Shown: one piece after another, positions 39,734 through 50,282 of the stretch | Position numbering within the stretch: position 1 is the first letter of the stretch | Layout: the number at the start of each line of letters is the position of its first letter | NCBI GenBank assembly: GCA_965242525.1 | Contig: OZ251459.1 | Location: forward strand, 3,360,001-3,424,000 | Direction: 5' to 3' | Length of the DNA: 64,000 bases | Source of the DNA: an uncultured Candidatus Binatia bacterium | GTDB taxonomy: Bacteria > Desulfobacterota > Binatia > UBA9968 > JAJDTQ01 | Translations under genes and position numbers: made by a program | The notes under the pieces: generated by a model | What the model was told of the DNA's origin: nothing | What the model saw: only the letters and a program-made list of their open reading frames with translations | Databases searched by the model: none

Positions 39734-41419
39734 TCAACCACGGTTCGATTTTTCGTCGGCAAGCCCGTATGTCTCCCGGGCCTGCCGTCGTGACACGTAT
39801 CCGTCCTCGACGTCCTGGCGCACGAGTTCCGGGGGACGTTCCCGGGGGTTGCCGTAACCGCCGCCTCCGCTGCGGAAGACGGCGAGTCTGGCGCCGGCCC
39901 GCAGCGACCGGGTTTCCAGGATATCGACTTCGGACGGCTCTTCGCCCGGTTGCTGGATCGTGGTCCTGGAGGTGGGCGGGCCTCCGCCGCCGTTCAGGCC
40001 CCATGACGCCTGTCGATGGTTTGCCGAGCGCACCGTGAGCATGCAGTCGGACAGGAACTCGTACTCGCGGACGAACCCGGCGCCGCCGCGCCAGCGCCCG
40101 GGGCCGGCCGAGTCCGGCCAGATCTCGTAACGGCGGACGGTAACGGGATATTCCGTCTCCAGGATCTCCACCGGCGTGCCGGGGGCGAAATGGTTGACCG
40201 GCATCACGATGGACGCTCCGTCATGGTCGCGGGTGCCGCCCAGCGAGGTGATCAGGATCTCGTACTGGACGGTGGGCCGGCCCGAACGGCCTTCCCCGTA
40301 GCCGACGGCAATGGCGCCGGCGCCCAGGCCGGAGGGGGCCACCGCCCGGCGGGGGTTGAAGCGTCCGACCGCGGCGAGGACGCAGTTATAGACCAAGTGG
40401 GACGTGGGAAAGTAGTGGTTGACGGTTGCCGGGAAACGGGGGCTCAGCACGAGCCCCGGCGGCATCTCGAACTCGACGGCCTCGAACGCGCCCGCGTTCA
40501 TGGGGATGCTCGGGTCCGACGCCGCCAGGACCGCTTGCATGGAGACCGCCCGAGCCGTTACCCCCGTCGTGTTCACGGGTCCGGGGGCCTGGGGGTCGCT
40601 GCCGGAGAAGTCGAGGGTCAACCGCTCCCCGGCCTTGACGGCCCGGACATGCACCCGCACTGGCCTGGACCGGTCCGCGCCGTCGTGGTCCAGGAACCCT
40701 TCCGCCTCGAACTCCCCGTCCGGCCATGAGGCGATCTCGCTGCGGACCCGGTTCGTCGTGCGCGTCAGCAGTTCCTCGACAGCGCCGAGCAGGGTGTCCG
40801 CGCCGTATTCGCGCAGCAGCGCCTGGAACCGGCTGGCCCCGAGCCTCGTGGCCCCCACCTGTCCGCGCAGGTCGCCGAGCACCACGTCCGGAATGCGGCT
40901 GTTGTTGCGAAGGATCGCCTCCACCTCGGGCTGTACTCCCTCGGACGTGGCGAACCGCACCGGCGGCAGCAGGATCCCGTCGTGGAAGATCTCGCGCGCG
41001 GCGGCACCGCTCGACCCCGGCACAAGGCCGCCGACGTCGGCCTTGTGGGCCACGCTGACGCCGAAAGCCACCACCCTGCCCTCGTGGAAAGCCGGCGTCG
41101 CCACGACCATGTCGGGCACATGGCTGTTCCCCGCCTTGTAGGGATCGTTGGAAACGAACGAATCCCCTTCGCTCATGTCCGCCGCCGGATAGCGTTCCAG
41201 GACGCCGGCCACCGACTGCGAATACAGCAGGGAATGGTATTGGAGGCCTCCGCCCACCATGATTACCCGGCCGTCGCGGTCGGTCAGCCCGGCGGTGCCG
41301 TCCTGGGACTCGCGCAGGATCGGCGAGTAGCCGCTGTGGAACAGCGCGTGCGCCATGGACGCGGTGACCTCCCGCAGCCGGCTCAGCACGACCTCGATGG
41401 TGATGGGATCCAGGCTCAT
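39734..41419 (-). CDS. Hydantoinase B / oxoprolinase family subunit
   Basis: MSLDPITIEV, YSPILRE, SNDPY..HVPD, AHKADVGG, PVEILE..YP, SGGGGYGNP. Confidence 0.9.
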   Translation of the reverse strand: MSLDPITIEVVLSRLREVTASMAHALFHSGYSPILRESQDGTAGLTDRDGRVIMVGGGLQYHSLLYSQSVAGVLERYPAADMSEGDSFVSNDPYKAGNSHVPDMVVATPAFHEGRVVAFGVSVAHKADVGGLVPGSSGAAAREIFHDGILLPPVRFATSEGVQPEVEAILRNNSRIPDVVLGDLRGQVGATRLGASRFQALLREYGADTLLGAVEELLTRTTNRVRSEIASWPDGEFEAEGFLDHDGADRSRPVRVHVRAVKAGERLTLDFSGSDPQAPGPVNTTGVTARAVSMQAVLAASDPSIPMNAGAFEAVEFEMPPGLVLSPRFPATVNHYFPTSHLVYNCVLAAVGRFNPRRAVAPSGLGAGAIAVGYGEGRSGRPTVQYEILITSLGGTRDHDGASIVMPVNHFAPGTPVEILETEYPVTVRRYEIWPDSAGPGRWRGGAGFVREYEFLSDCMLTVRSANHRQASWGLNGGGGPPTSRTTIQQPGEEPSEVDILETRSLRAGARLAVFRSGGGGYGNPRERPPELVRQDVEDGYVSRRQARETYGLADEKSNRG

Positions 41420-43485
41420 GACGCCCTCTCGATGACCAGGTTGCCGAAACCATCGACGGTGGCCTGCTGCGATTCGGGCACCACCGTCGTCGCATCCGGT
41501 TGTTCGATTACGGCAGGCCCGTGGATCCGGTCGCCCCCCAGCAACCGGCCGCGGTCGAGCACCGCGGCCTCCAGGAACCCTCCGCGCTTCAGGTCGAAAA
41601 GCGGTCTCCGGCCGATGACGGCGTTTTCGACGTTTCCGTCCCCCGCTTCCACGGGCGGCGGAGTGAGCCGCGGCACAGCGATCTCGACCAGGAGCCGGAA
41701 CGTGACGATTTCGGCGTCCTCGTCTTCGGCGCTCACGCCGTACACCGCGCCATGGCGTTGGTCGAAGCGCGCCTTGAGGTCGGCCTTGTCCGCTTCCACC
41801 ATCTCCCGGTCCGGACAATCGATGGACAGGTCGTACCCCTGGTGCAGGTAGCGCATGTCCACCTGCCGCCGGAACACCGCCTCCGAGAGGTCGAAACGCT
41901 CCTCCCGGACGTCCTCCACGGCCCGGAGGCGCAACTCCTCGAACCGCCGGTTCATGCGTCGGACGTCGTAACCGCTCACCAGGCCGAGGTCCGATTGCAG
42001 GTAGAGATGCCGGACCCTGGTCTGGAGCAGCCCCAGGGCGCTGTTGAGGCCGGGGTTCGGCGGCGCCAGGACCGCGGGTATCCGGAGTTCCTCGGCCAGC
42101 AGGCCCGCGTGGAGCGGTCCCGCGCCGCCGAAGGCCACCAGGACGAAGTCGCGCGGATCCACGCCGCGGTATTGCAGCGCAAGCCTGAGCTCCACCGACA
42201 TGTGGTTGTTGACGATCCTGAGGACCCCGGCCGCTGCCTGCACCACGTCGAGACCCAGCGGTTCGGCCAAGCCCGTGCGAACGGCCGCCTCCGCCCTGGA
42301 CCGATCCAGCCGCAGCCGCCCGCCGAGGGCGCTGCTGTCCCCGAGGGCCCCCAGCAGGAGGTTGGCGTCGGTCACCGTCGGCAGCTCGCCGCCCCTGCCG
42401 TAGCAGGCCGGCCCCGGGTCCGCGCCCGAACTCCGCGGTCCGACCTTCATCAGGCCGTCCTTTCCGATCCAGGCGATGGCGCCGCCTCCCGCCCCCAGGG
42501 TGTGGACGGCCAGCATCGGCGTCGCGAGGTCCTGCCCCGCGACCCGGCCCGCGGTGGTCTCCTCGGACCGCCCGTCGCGGATCACGCTGATGTCGGTGGA
42601 AGTGCCGCCCATGTCGAAGGTGACCAGGTTCTTGCGTCCCAGGAGCGCGGCCAGCTCGATGCCGGACACGACCCCGGCCGCGGGTCCCGAGAGCAGCGTC
42701 TGGTTGGGATAGCGGGCTCCGACGTTCATGCGCATCAGGCCGCCGTTGGACTGCATGAGGAAGATCTGCGGGGTCTCGACCCCGGCGGCGCGCAGCCTGT
42801 CCACCAGCCGCAGCAGGTAGGTTTCCATGGACCTGCCCACGAAGGCGTCGATGACCGTGGTGGAAAGGCGCGGGTATTCGCGGATGGTGGGCAGGATGCG
42901 CGACGATACCGACACGCGCCACTCCGGCGCCATCTCGGCCACGAGCGCCGCGGTCCTCTCCTCGTGCTCGGGGTTTCGGAAACTGAACAGGAAGTTGACG
43001 GCGACCGCCTCGACTTGCTTCTCCTTCAGCCGCGCAATCGCCCGTCTGGCGTCGTCCTCGTCGAGGGGCGTCCGCACGTTGCCGAGGTAGTCCAGGCGCT
43101 CGGTGACCTCTTCGGTCAGCGATTGCGGCGCCAACAGCGGCGGTTTGACGTAGTAGGGATCCGCCAGGTCCTCCGGCGCCGGCTGCGACCAGCCGCGCCC
43201 TTCATAGACCGCCCGGAAGCCGCGGGTGATCAGCAGGCCCGTGCGCGCGCCCCGGTTTTCCAGGATGGCGTTGGTGGCCACCGTGGTGCCGTGCACCAGG
43301 AACTCGATCCCGCCCGGCTCGACCCCGGAGCGGAACAGCTCGTCGAGGGCGTTCATCACCGCGGCCGACGGATCCTCCGGCATCGAGGGGACCTTGGCGG
43401 TCCGCCGTTCGCCGGTGGCGGGGTCGAACGCGATCAGGTCGGTGAACGAGCCTCCGGTATCGATGCCGACCATCCACGACGTCAT
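41416..43485 (-). CDS. Hydantoinase A / oxoprolinase family subunit
   Basis: GIDTGGSFTD, HGTTVATN, SGPAAG, DMGGTSTD, GADPGPACY, AFGGAGPLH. Confidence 0.92.
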   Translation of the reverse strand: MTSWMVGIDTGGSFTDLIAFDPATGERRTAKVPSMPEDPSAAVMNALDELFRSGVEPGGIEFLVHGTTVATNAILENRGARTGLLITRGFRAVYEGRGWSQPAPEDLADPYYVKPPLLAPQSLTEEVTERLDYLGNVRTPLDEDDARRAIARLKEKQVEAVAVNFLFSFRNPEHEERTAALVAEMAPEWRVSVSSRILPTIREYPRLSTTVIDAFVGRSMETYLLRLVDRLRAAGVETPQIFLMQSNGGLMRMNVGARYPNQTLLSGPAAGVVSGIELAALLGRKNLVTFDMGGTSTDISVIRDGRSEETTAGRVAGQDLATPMLAVHTLGAGGGAIAWIGKDGLMKVGPRSSGADPGPACYGRGGELPTVTDANLLLGALGDSSALGGRLRLDRSRAEAAVRTGLAEPLGLDVVQAAAGVLRIVNNHMSVELRLALQYRGVDPRDFVLVAFGGAGPLHAGLLAEELRIPAVLAPPNPGLNSALGLLQTRVRHLYLQSDLGLVSGYDVRRMNRRFEELRLRAVEDVREERFDLSEAVFRRQVDMRYLHQGYDLSIDCPDREMVEADKADLKARFDQRHGAVYGVSAEDEDAEIVTFRLLVEIAVPRLTPPPVEAGDGNVENAVIGRRPLFDLKRGGFLEAAVLDRGRLLGGDRIHGPAVIEQPDATTVVPESQQATVDGFGNLVIERAS

Positions 43486-43525
43486 GGCGACCTCCGAGAC
43501 GATTGGCCCGCGCCGGCCCGGTGCG

Positions 43526-44530
43526 TTAACGCGAAAGGTCCACTACCACGCGCCCGCGGACCTTGCCCGCGAGGATGCGCTCGACGTGGGCGTCGAGCTC
43601 CTCCAGGGAGCAGTCGATGGCCACCGCGTCGAGTCGGGGCAGCTTCCATTCCGCGGCCATCTTCCGCCACAGCACGGTGCGGACGTCCACGGGGCAGTCC
43701 GGGGTGGCCACGCCGATGAGGCGCACGTCCCGGAGGATGAAGGGGAAGACCGTGGTGGGCAGGTCCGCGGAGGCCGCGTTGCCGCAGCAGGTGACCACGC
43801 CGCCGTACCTGGTGGACTTGAGCGCGGTGGCCAGGATGTTGCCCCCCACCGTGTCCACCACCCCGGCCCACAGGCCCTTGGACAGGGGCCGTCCCGACCG
43901 GTCGTCCACCGCCTCCCGGGAGATGACTTCGGCGGCCCCTAGGTCCGTGAGGAAGTCCTTCTCCGCTTCCTTGCCGGTGGAGGCCACCACCCGGTAGCCG
44001 GCCCGGGCCAGTATGCCCACCGCCAGACAGCCCACGCCGCCGGTGGCCCCGGTCACCAGGACGTCGCCCGAACCCGGCTCGACCCCGGATTCCCGAAGCC
44101 GCAGCACGGACAGGGCCGCGGTGAAGCCCGCGGTGCCATAGACCATGCTTTCCCTGAGGGTGAGGCCGTCGGGGCGTTTCACCGCCCAGGCCCCGGGCAC
44201 GCGCACGTACTCGGCAAAGCCGCCGTCGGTGTTCGCGCCGAGGTCGAAGCCCGTGAGCACCACCTCGTCGCCCTTGGCGAAGCCGCCGACCCGGCTCTCC
44301 GCCACCGTGCCCGCGGCGTCGATGCCCGGGGTGTGCGGGTAGTTGCGGGTCACGCCCTTGTTGCCGGACGCCGAGAGCGCGTCCTTGTAGTTGAGGGAGG
44401 ACCAGGCCACCGCCACCAGCAGGTCCCCGTCCGGCAGGTCGTCCACCGTCCTTTGGCTGACGGCGCGGGTGAAGGTCTTGTCCTCGTTCTCGCTCACGAC
44501 CATGGCTCGGAAGCGCTTGGGGTCCGGCAT
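43526..44530 (-). CDS. YhdH/AcuI-like MDR quinone oxidoreductase
   Basis: SSLNYKD, GTAGFTA, TGATGGVG, PFILR. Confidence 0.9.
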   Translation of the reverse strand: MPDPKRFRAMVVSENEDKTFTRAVSQRTVDDLPDGDLLVAVAWSSLNYKDALSASGNKGVTRNYPHTPGIDAAGTVAESRVGGFAKGDEVVLTGFDLGANTDGGFAEYVRVPGAWAVKRPDGLTLRESMVYGTAGFTAALSVLRLRESGVEPGSGDVLVTGATGGVGCLAVGILARAGYRVVASTGKEAEKDFLTDLGAAEVISREAVDDRSGRPLSKGLWAGVVDTVGGNILATALKSTRYGGVVTCCGNAASADLPTTVFPFILRDVRLIGVATPDCPVDVRTVLWRKMAAEWKLPRLDAVAIDCSLEELDAHVERILAGKVRGRVVVDLSR

Positions 44531-44577
44531 GATGGGGTCTCCTTTCGGCTAGGTATCGGATCCGTCCGGGGCGGCGC

Positions 44578-46875
44578 TCAACTCGCGCGCCGGCGCTCCT
44601 GCAGGCGCTGCCACACCTTGGGGGGCGACAGCGGCAGGTCGCAGATGCGCAGGTCCACGGCGTCGTCCACCGCCGCGGCAATGGCGGACGCGGCCGGCAG
44701 CACGCCGCCCTCGCCCATGCCCTTGGCGCCGAACGGCCCGGGGCCGTTGCCGCTTTCCACCAGCTCGGAGACGAAGCTCTCCGGCAGGTCGTGGAAGGCG
44801 GGCACGCGGTAGTCGATGAGGTTGGGGTTCAGGAGCTGGCCGTCCTCATAGACCATCTCTTCCAGCAGGGTGTGGCCCAGGCCGAACAACACGCCGCCTT
44901 CGTCCTGGCCCTCGCACTGCAACGGGTTGATGGCCCGTCCCACGTCCGCCATGGACACGTACTTGAGGATGCGGATGACGCCGGTGTCCGGGTCCACCTC
45001 CAACTCGACTCCGCCCCAGCCCACTTCCCAGAAGGTGGTGGGGGATCCCAGCACCGCGGTCTTGCTCTTCCTGTCCCGGTAAACCCCCCGCCCCACGATC
45101 TCGGTGGCGGAGCTGCCGAAGTACTCGGCGATGACTTGGCCGTAGGGCACGCCCCGGCCCTTGCCGCCGCGCACCCGGCCGCCCTTGAGGGTGAGCCGGT
45201 CGGCCTTCTCGCCCGTGACCCTGGCCGCGGCCCGCAGCAACTGCTTCTTCACGTCCCGGGCCGCCCGCTGGGTCGCCAGCCCCATGACGGTCATGGAGCT
45301 GCTGGCGCTGGTGGACACGTCGAAGGGCGTCACGTCCGTGTCCAACTGGGCCACGGACACCTGCTCCAGGGCGATGCCCAGCTCTTCCGCCACCACTTGG
45401 CTGAGGGCGGTGCGGCAGCCCTGTCCCACCTCCACGCTGCCGGTGAGCAGCACCGCGCTGCCGTCCGAGGACATCTTCACGGTGGCGCCGGCCACCTTGT
45501 AGGTGCCGCCCGCGTCCTTCATGCACACGCTCAGCCCCTTGCCCACGTTGGGCCGGGACGCCTTCTTCCAGTCCAGCGCCCTGGCCACCTTGCGCAGCCC
45601 CTGCTTCAGGTCGCAGTCCACCGGGGTGTCGCCGGGGGTGTAGGCCTCGCCCTTGTCCAGCAGGTTCCCGAGGCGGAAGTCCAGGGGGTCCATGCCGAGC
45701 CGCTTGGCGATCATGTCCATCTGCGACTCGTAGGCCCAGGCCACCTGGACCGCGCCGAAGCCGCGGAAGGCCCCCGCGGGCACCGTGTTGCTATAGACGC
45801 CGTGGGCGTCGATCTTCACGTGGGCGACCCGGTACGGCCCCACCGCGCGGTACCCGGCCTTCTGGGTCACCCGGGGCCCGGCGTCGGCGTAGGCGCCGGT
45901 GTCCATGTAGATCTCCAACTCCCGCGCCACCAGCTTGCCCTTCCCGCTGACGCCGGTCTTGATGCGGATGCGCGCCGGATGGCGGGTCACGGTCTTGAAG
46001 CTCTCGTTGACGCTGAGGGCCAGCTTGACCGGGCGGCGGGTCCTCACGGACAGGGCCGCGGCAATGGGGTCCGCCTTGACGTAGAGTTTGCCGCCGTAGC
46101 CGCCGCCCACGTAGGGCACCACCACGCGCACCCGGTTGAGGGGCAGCCTGAAGATCCCGGCCAAGTGGCCCCGCAGCGTGAACGGGTCCTGGCACGAGCT
46201 CCACACCGTCAAACGGTCGCCGTCGTAATGGGCGATGCAGATATGGGGCTCCAGCGAGTAGTGCTGGACCTTGGAGAACCGGAAGACGTCCTCGAACACG
46301 TGGTCGGAGCGGGCGAAGCCGTCCTCCACGTTCCCCCGTGCGTAGCCGAAGTGGTAGCACACGTTGGTGCCCTCGAAGCGCGCAGGCGCGCCGTACCGGG
46401 AGCCGCGCAACTCGGCCTTGGCCACCTCGGCGTCGTGCACCAGCGGCGCCCCCGGCGCCAGAGCGTCGTCCACCGTGTCCACGAACGGAAGCTCCTCGTA
46501 CTCCACGTCGATGAGCTCCAGGGCCTCCTCGGCCGTCGTCTCGTCCGCGGACAGCACCGCGGCCACCGGGTCGCCCACGTAGCGGACCTTGTCCACGGCC
46601 ACCACGGACTGGTCCTTGTAGGTGGCGCCGTACCGGTAGTCGAGGCCGCCCAGGTCGTCGCGCGTGAGCACGTCGATGACCCCCGGCAAGGCCCTGGCCC
46701 GGCTGGCGTCCACCTTAAGGATGCGGGCGTGGGGCAGGGGGCTTCTCAGGATCCTGGCGTAGGCCATTCCCGGAAGCTCCAGGTCCCCGGTGTAGAACGC
46801 CTTGCCCGACACCTTCTCCACCGCGTCGAGCCGCACGGCGGCGCGCCCGGCCACTGACAGTCTGGGTTTTTTCAT
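44578..46875 (-). CDS. Xanthine-dehydrogenase-family molybdopterin-binding large subunit
   Basis: VGGGYGGK, AGAFRGFG, EVGQG, AINP..EGQ..GG, GAKGMGE. Confidence 0.92.
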   Translation of the reverse strand: MKKPRLSVAGRAAVRLDAVEKVSGKAFYTGDLELPGMAYARILRSPLPHARILKVDASRARALPGVIDVLTRDDLGGLDYRYGATYKDQSVVAVDKVRYVGDPVAAVLSADETTAEEALELIDVEYEELPFVDTVDDALAPGAPLVHDAEVAKAELRGSRYGAPARFEGTNVCYHFGYARGNVEDGFARSDHVFEDVFRFSKVQHYSLEPHICIAHYDGDRLTVWSSCQDPFTLRGHLAGIFRLPLNRVRVVVPYVGGGYGGKLYVKADPIAAALSVRTRRPVKLALSVNESFKTVTRHPARIRIKTGVSGKGKLVARELEIYMDTGAYADAGPRVTQKAGYRAVGPYRVAHVKIDAHGVYSNTVPAGAFRGFGAVQVAWAYESQMDMIAKRLGMDPLDFRLGNLLDKGEAYTPGDTPVDCDLKQGLRKVARALDWKKASRPNVGKGLSVCMKDAGGTYKVAGATVKMSSDGSAVLLTGSVEVGQGCRTALSQVVAEELGIALEQVSVAQLDTDVTPFDVSTSASSSMTVMGLATQRAARDVKKQLLRAAARVTGEKADRLTLKGGRVRGGKGRGVPYGQVIAEYFGSSATEIVGRGVYRDRKSKTAVLGSPTTFWEVGWGGVELEVDPDTGVIRILKYVSMADVGRAINPLQCEGQDEGGVLFGLGHTLLEEMVYEDGQLLNPNLIDYRVPAFHDLPESFVSELVESGNGPGPFGAKGMGEGGVLPAASAIAAAVDDAVDLRICDLPLSPPKVWQRLQERRRAS

Positions 46876-46981
46876 GGCGTCTCCGAACTCCCCATTCTCT
46901 TAGCCGAAGTTCCAGGCCCAAGCAACGTCGGGGCGCACCGAGGGCCATGCACGGATCGAGGATCGGGAGACGGACGTTCCG

Positions 46982-48886
46982 TCAGTTCCGGATCCGCAGT
47001 TCCCTCAGTTCCTCGAGTTCCGACCAGCGCTCCACCGTCTCTTCGAGGGCCGCCTTCGCGGTCTCCAACTCGTCCAGCACGGGCCGGACGGCGTCGAAGG
47101 GCCGCGCGTAGAAATCCGGCTGCCGGGTCTCTTCCTCCAGCGCGGCCACCGCCTTTTCCATGGCCTCGATGCGGTCCGGCAGTCCGTCCAGCTCCAGTTG
47201 CAGCTTGTAGCTGAGCTTGGTCGAGCGGGACCCCGGCTCGCGCGGCTGCCGCGGCGCGTTGCGGGCGGCCTTCCGGTTGGGGTCGTCGGTGACGGCCAGG
47301 GCCTTGCCGCGCCTGGCCCAGTCGGTGTAGCCGCCGGCATGGCGCCGGACCACGCCCGCGTCCTCGAACACCAGGGTGCTGGTGACGCAGTTGTCCAGGA
47401 AGCTGCGGTCGTGGCTCACCACCAGGAGGGTGCCGCGGTAGTCCACGAGCTGCTCCTCCAGCACCTCCAGGGTGTCGATGTCCAGGTCGTTGGTGGGTTC
47501 GTCCAGCACCAGCAGGTTCGCCGGCCGGGTGAGCAGCCGGGCCAGGAGGACGCGGTTGCGCTCGCCGCCGGACAGGGCCGCCACCGGGCTCATGGCCCGC
47601 TTGGGAGTGAACAGGAAACCCTTGAGGTAGCCCACCACGTGGCGCGGCCTGCCGTTCACCACCACGTGGTCGCGGCCGTCCGCCACGGTTTCGGCCACGG
47701 TCTTCTGCGGGTCCAACCGCCGCCGGAGCTGGTCGAAATAGCCGATCTCCAGGTTCGCGCCCACCTCCACGGTCCCCGAATCCGGGGCGATCTCTCCCAC
47801 GAGGATGCGCAGCAGGGTGCTCTTGCCCACGCCGTTGTTGCCGATGAGCCCCATGCGGTCGCCGCGCACGATCCGTAGCGAGAGGTTGCGGATCAGCGGC
47901 TCGGCGCCGTAGCCGTGGGTCACGTTGCGGAGCTCCACCACCTTCCGGCCCGACTGCTCCCCGTGCTGGACGCGGATGCGCGCCTGTCCCTGGGGCTTGA
48001 GACGCCCGGCGGCCTGCTCCCGCATGGCCATGAGGGCGCGCACACGGCCTTCGTTGCGGGTCCGGCGCGCCTTGAGGCCCTGCCGGATCCACGCCTCCTC
48101 CTGGGCCAGACGCTTGTCGAACAGGGCGTCGCGCCGGGCGTCCTCGGCCAAGGCCTTCTCCTTGAGGGCGAGGTAGTCGTCGTAGTCGCCGGGCCAGCTC
48201 ACCAGCCGGGTCCGGTCGATCTCCACGATCCGGGTGGCCAGCCGCCGCAGGAAGGCGCGGTCGTGGGTGATGAACAGCACGCTGCCCGCGTAGTCGTAGA
48301 TCCGGTCCTCCAGCCACCGGATGGTGCTCAGGTCGAGATGGTTGGTGGGCTCGTCGAGCAGCAGCAACTCGGCGTTGCCCACGATGGCCCGGGCCAGCCC
48401 TACCCGGCGCCGCCAACCGCCGGAGAGCTCCCCCAGCCGCATTTCCGCGGGCAGGTCCATCTCGCTCAGGACCGTCTCCACCCGCTGGTCCACGCGCCAA
48501 CCGCCGTGGGCGTCGATCTCCCGATGCAACGCCTCCAACTCCAGCAGCCCCTTGCGGTCCAGCGCCTCCCGGGAGCGCCGTTCGTAGAGGTCGATGAGGC
48601 CTTGCAGGTCGGCCAGGCCCGCGGTCACGTATTCCCGCACCGTCCGGCCGAGCTCTTCGGGGAGCGCCTGCTCCAGCTCGCTGATGCGGATGCGGCTCTG
48701 GTAACGGACCTCGCCGCGGTCGGGTTGGAGCCGGCCGGTGATGAGCCGGAGCATGGAGGTCTTGCCCGCGCCGTTGCGCCCGATCAGGCACACCCGCTCC
48801 CCCGGCTCGATGGCGAAGTCGGCATGGGCGAACAACCGCTGGTCGCCCAACTCCAGGGAGACGTCTTCGAGGCTGACGAGAGGCAT
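46982..48886 (-). CDS. uup: ABC-F ATPase (Uup-like)
   Basis: Two ABC domains (GRNGAGKT, LSGGW, DEPTNHLD; GNNGVGKS, LSGGE), EEAWIRQG.KARRTRNEGRV linker, KLSYK C-terminal coil. Confidence 0.85.
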   Translation of the reverse strand: MPLVSLEDVSLELGDQRLFAHADFAIEPGERVCLIGRNGAGKTSMLRLITGRLQPDRGEVRYQSRIRISELEQALPEELGRTVREYVTAGLADLQGLIDLYERRSREALDRKGLLELEALHREIDAHGGWRVDQRVETVLSEMDLPAEMRLGELSGGWRRRVGLARAIVGNAELLLLDEPTNHLDLSTIRWLEDRIYDYAGSVLFITHDRAFLRRLATRIVEIDRTRLVSWPGDYDDYLALKEKALAEDARRDALFDKRLAQEEAWIRQGLKARRTRNEGRVRALMAMREQAAGRLKPQGQARIRVQHGEQSGRKVVELRNVTHGYGAEPLIRNLSLRIVRGDRMGLIGNNGVGKSTLLRILVGEIAPDSGTVEVGANLEIGYFDQLRRRLDPQKTVAETVADGRDHVVVNGRPRHVVGYLKGFLFTPKRAMSPVAALSGGERNRVLLARLLTRPANLLVLDEPTNDLDIDTLEVLEEQLVDYRGTLLVVSHDRSFLDNCVTSTLVFEDAGVVRRHAGGYTDWARRGKALAVTDDPNRKAARNAPRQPREPGSRSTKLSYKLQLELDGLPDRIEAMEKAVAALEEETRQPDFYARPFDAVRPVLDELETAKAALEETVERWSELEELRELRIRN

Positions 48887-48903
48887 GGGGAATCGAAAAG
48901 CGC

Positions 48904-48941
48904 GTCCTTCGACTTCGCTACGCTACGCTCAGGACGAACGG
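48904..48941 (-). repeat. Family A repeat
   Basis: Reverse-complement copy. Confidence 0.8.
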
Positions 48942-49008
48942 GGGACGTTGTTCGGAATTGCCCCCCGTTCGTAATTTCCCCCGATCGTAAATCCTCGATC
49001 CCCGATGC

Positions 49009-49887
49009 TCACTGGCTGGCGACGAACGCGCGCAGCACCTCGTTGAACTCCGCGGGATGCTCCCGGTACGAGAAATGGCCGGCCTGGTTGATGATGTGCA
49101 TTTGGGTGCGGCGCTCGCTTCCGGCCATGACCTCGAACAGGCGCATGCCCTGGTCCAGGGTGGCGGTGGGGTCGTTGTAGCCCCATACCAGGAGGGTGGG
49201 CTTGCCCAGCCCCCGGTCCCGGAGCCAGCCCAAGGTCTCCTCCTTCTGGCGCGCGTGCTGCAGCAGGAAGCGGTTGGTCTTGAGCCCCTGCGTCTCCATC
49301 TTCTCCACTGCTTCCCGGTACTTGGGCAGTTGGGCGATGGCGGTGCAGGCGTCGAGCCACTCGTCGGTGACGTGGGCGGCCGAGTACGAATAGCGCTCGA
49401 ACACCCATCGCTGGCTCTCCCGCCCCAGCCGCGGCTCCGGGGCGTTGGCGAAGACGATGTCGTTCCTGCCCACCCCCGGGGCCAGGGTGTTCGTGTCCAC
49501 CGGGATGCAGGACTTCACCAGGTCGCCCCGCTCCAGGGTCATGCGCGCCACAAGGTAGGCGCCGCGGGAATGGCCCACGAGGTGCACGTTGCCGAGCTTC
49601 AGGGTCTCCAGGAAGGCCAGCGCGTGCCGCACCACCGCGGCCATGGTGTAGTCCTCGTCGCTCCGGGGGTTGTCGGTCATCCCCTGCCCCAGCTTGTCCA
49701 CCGCATGGACGTGGAACCACTGCGCCAGGCCGTCGAAGTTGAGGCCCCAGTCCAGAGCGCAGTCCGCGGCGTCGTTGGAGCCGAAGTTGCCGCCGTGGAA
49801 CAGCACCAGAGGCTCGCCGCTACCTTTCTCGAAGTAGCGGGTGCGGATGCCGCCCACGTCCACGAATCTTTCGTCCGCCTGGTTCAT
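49009..49887 (-). CDS. Alpha/beta hydrolase (meta-cleavage-product hydrolase-like)
   Basis: FHGG, DKLGQG, GHSRG nucleophile elbow, WGYND, AGH. GAGGAGG RBS. Confidence 0.85.
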   Translation of the reverse strand: MNQADERFVDVGGIRTRYFEKGSGEPLVLFHGGNFGSNDAADCALDWGLNFDGLAQWFHVHAVDKLGQGMTDNPRSDEDYTMAAVVRHALAFLETLKLGNVHLVGHSRGAYLVARMTLERGDLVKSCIPVDTNTLAPGVGRNDIVFANAPEPRLGRESQRWVFERYSYSAAHVTDEWLDACTAIAQLPKYREAVEKMETQGLKTNRFLLQHARQKEETLGWLRDRGLGKPTLLVWGYNDPTATLDQGMRLFEVMAGSERRTQMHIINQAGHFSYREHPAEFNEVLRAFVASQ

Positions 49888-50282
49888 CACGGTCCTCCTC
49901 ACCGGCCGGCCTGTGCCGGCCGCGGGTCGCGTTCCCCATGGAGCGGCTCCACGCCGCGTCCTCCTGCCCCGGACGGCGCACCCGGCCCGAGGGTGTCCCA
50001 ATGTAACGGATTGTCCCCGGAAGGTTAACCCGTTCCTCCGGATCTGCCAGATCTGCGGTTGACGTTGGAGACGGCGTCGGCCATGAACTCAAAAGGGCAG
50101 TCCATGCGTTCATTCCACTGAAAGCGGAATGGTTTCGATCCGTGTCGCCATGAAGGGCATCCTCCGGGCGCGGGGACCGGGGTTTCCGGGCGGATCGGCG
50201 CGGCGGGGGCATGCTTGGAAATCATCGGGCAATCGGATAAGGGAAGGTGAGCCGGAAGGCGCGAGACCCAAGGAGGCAAGCT

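Noticed and set aside
44578-46875. Aerobic CO dehydrogenase large subunit (coxL)
   Set aside because: The active-site loop is AFRGFG, not the form I AYxCSFR.
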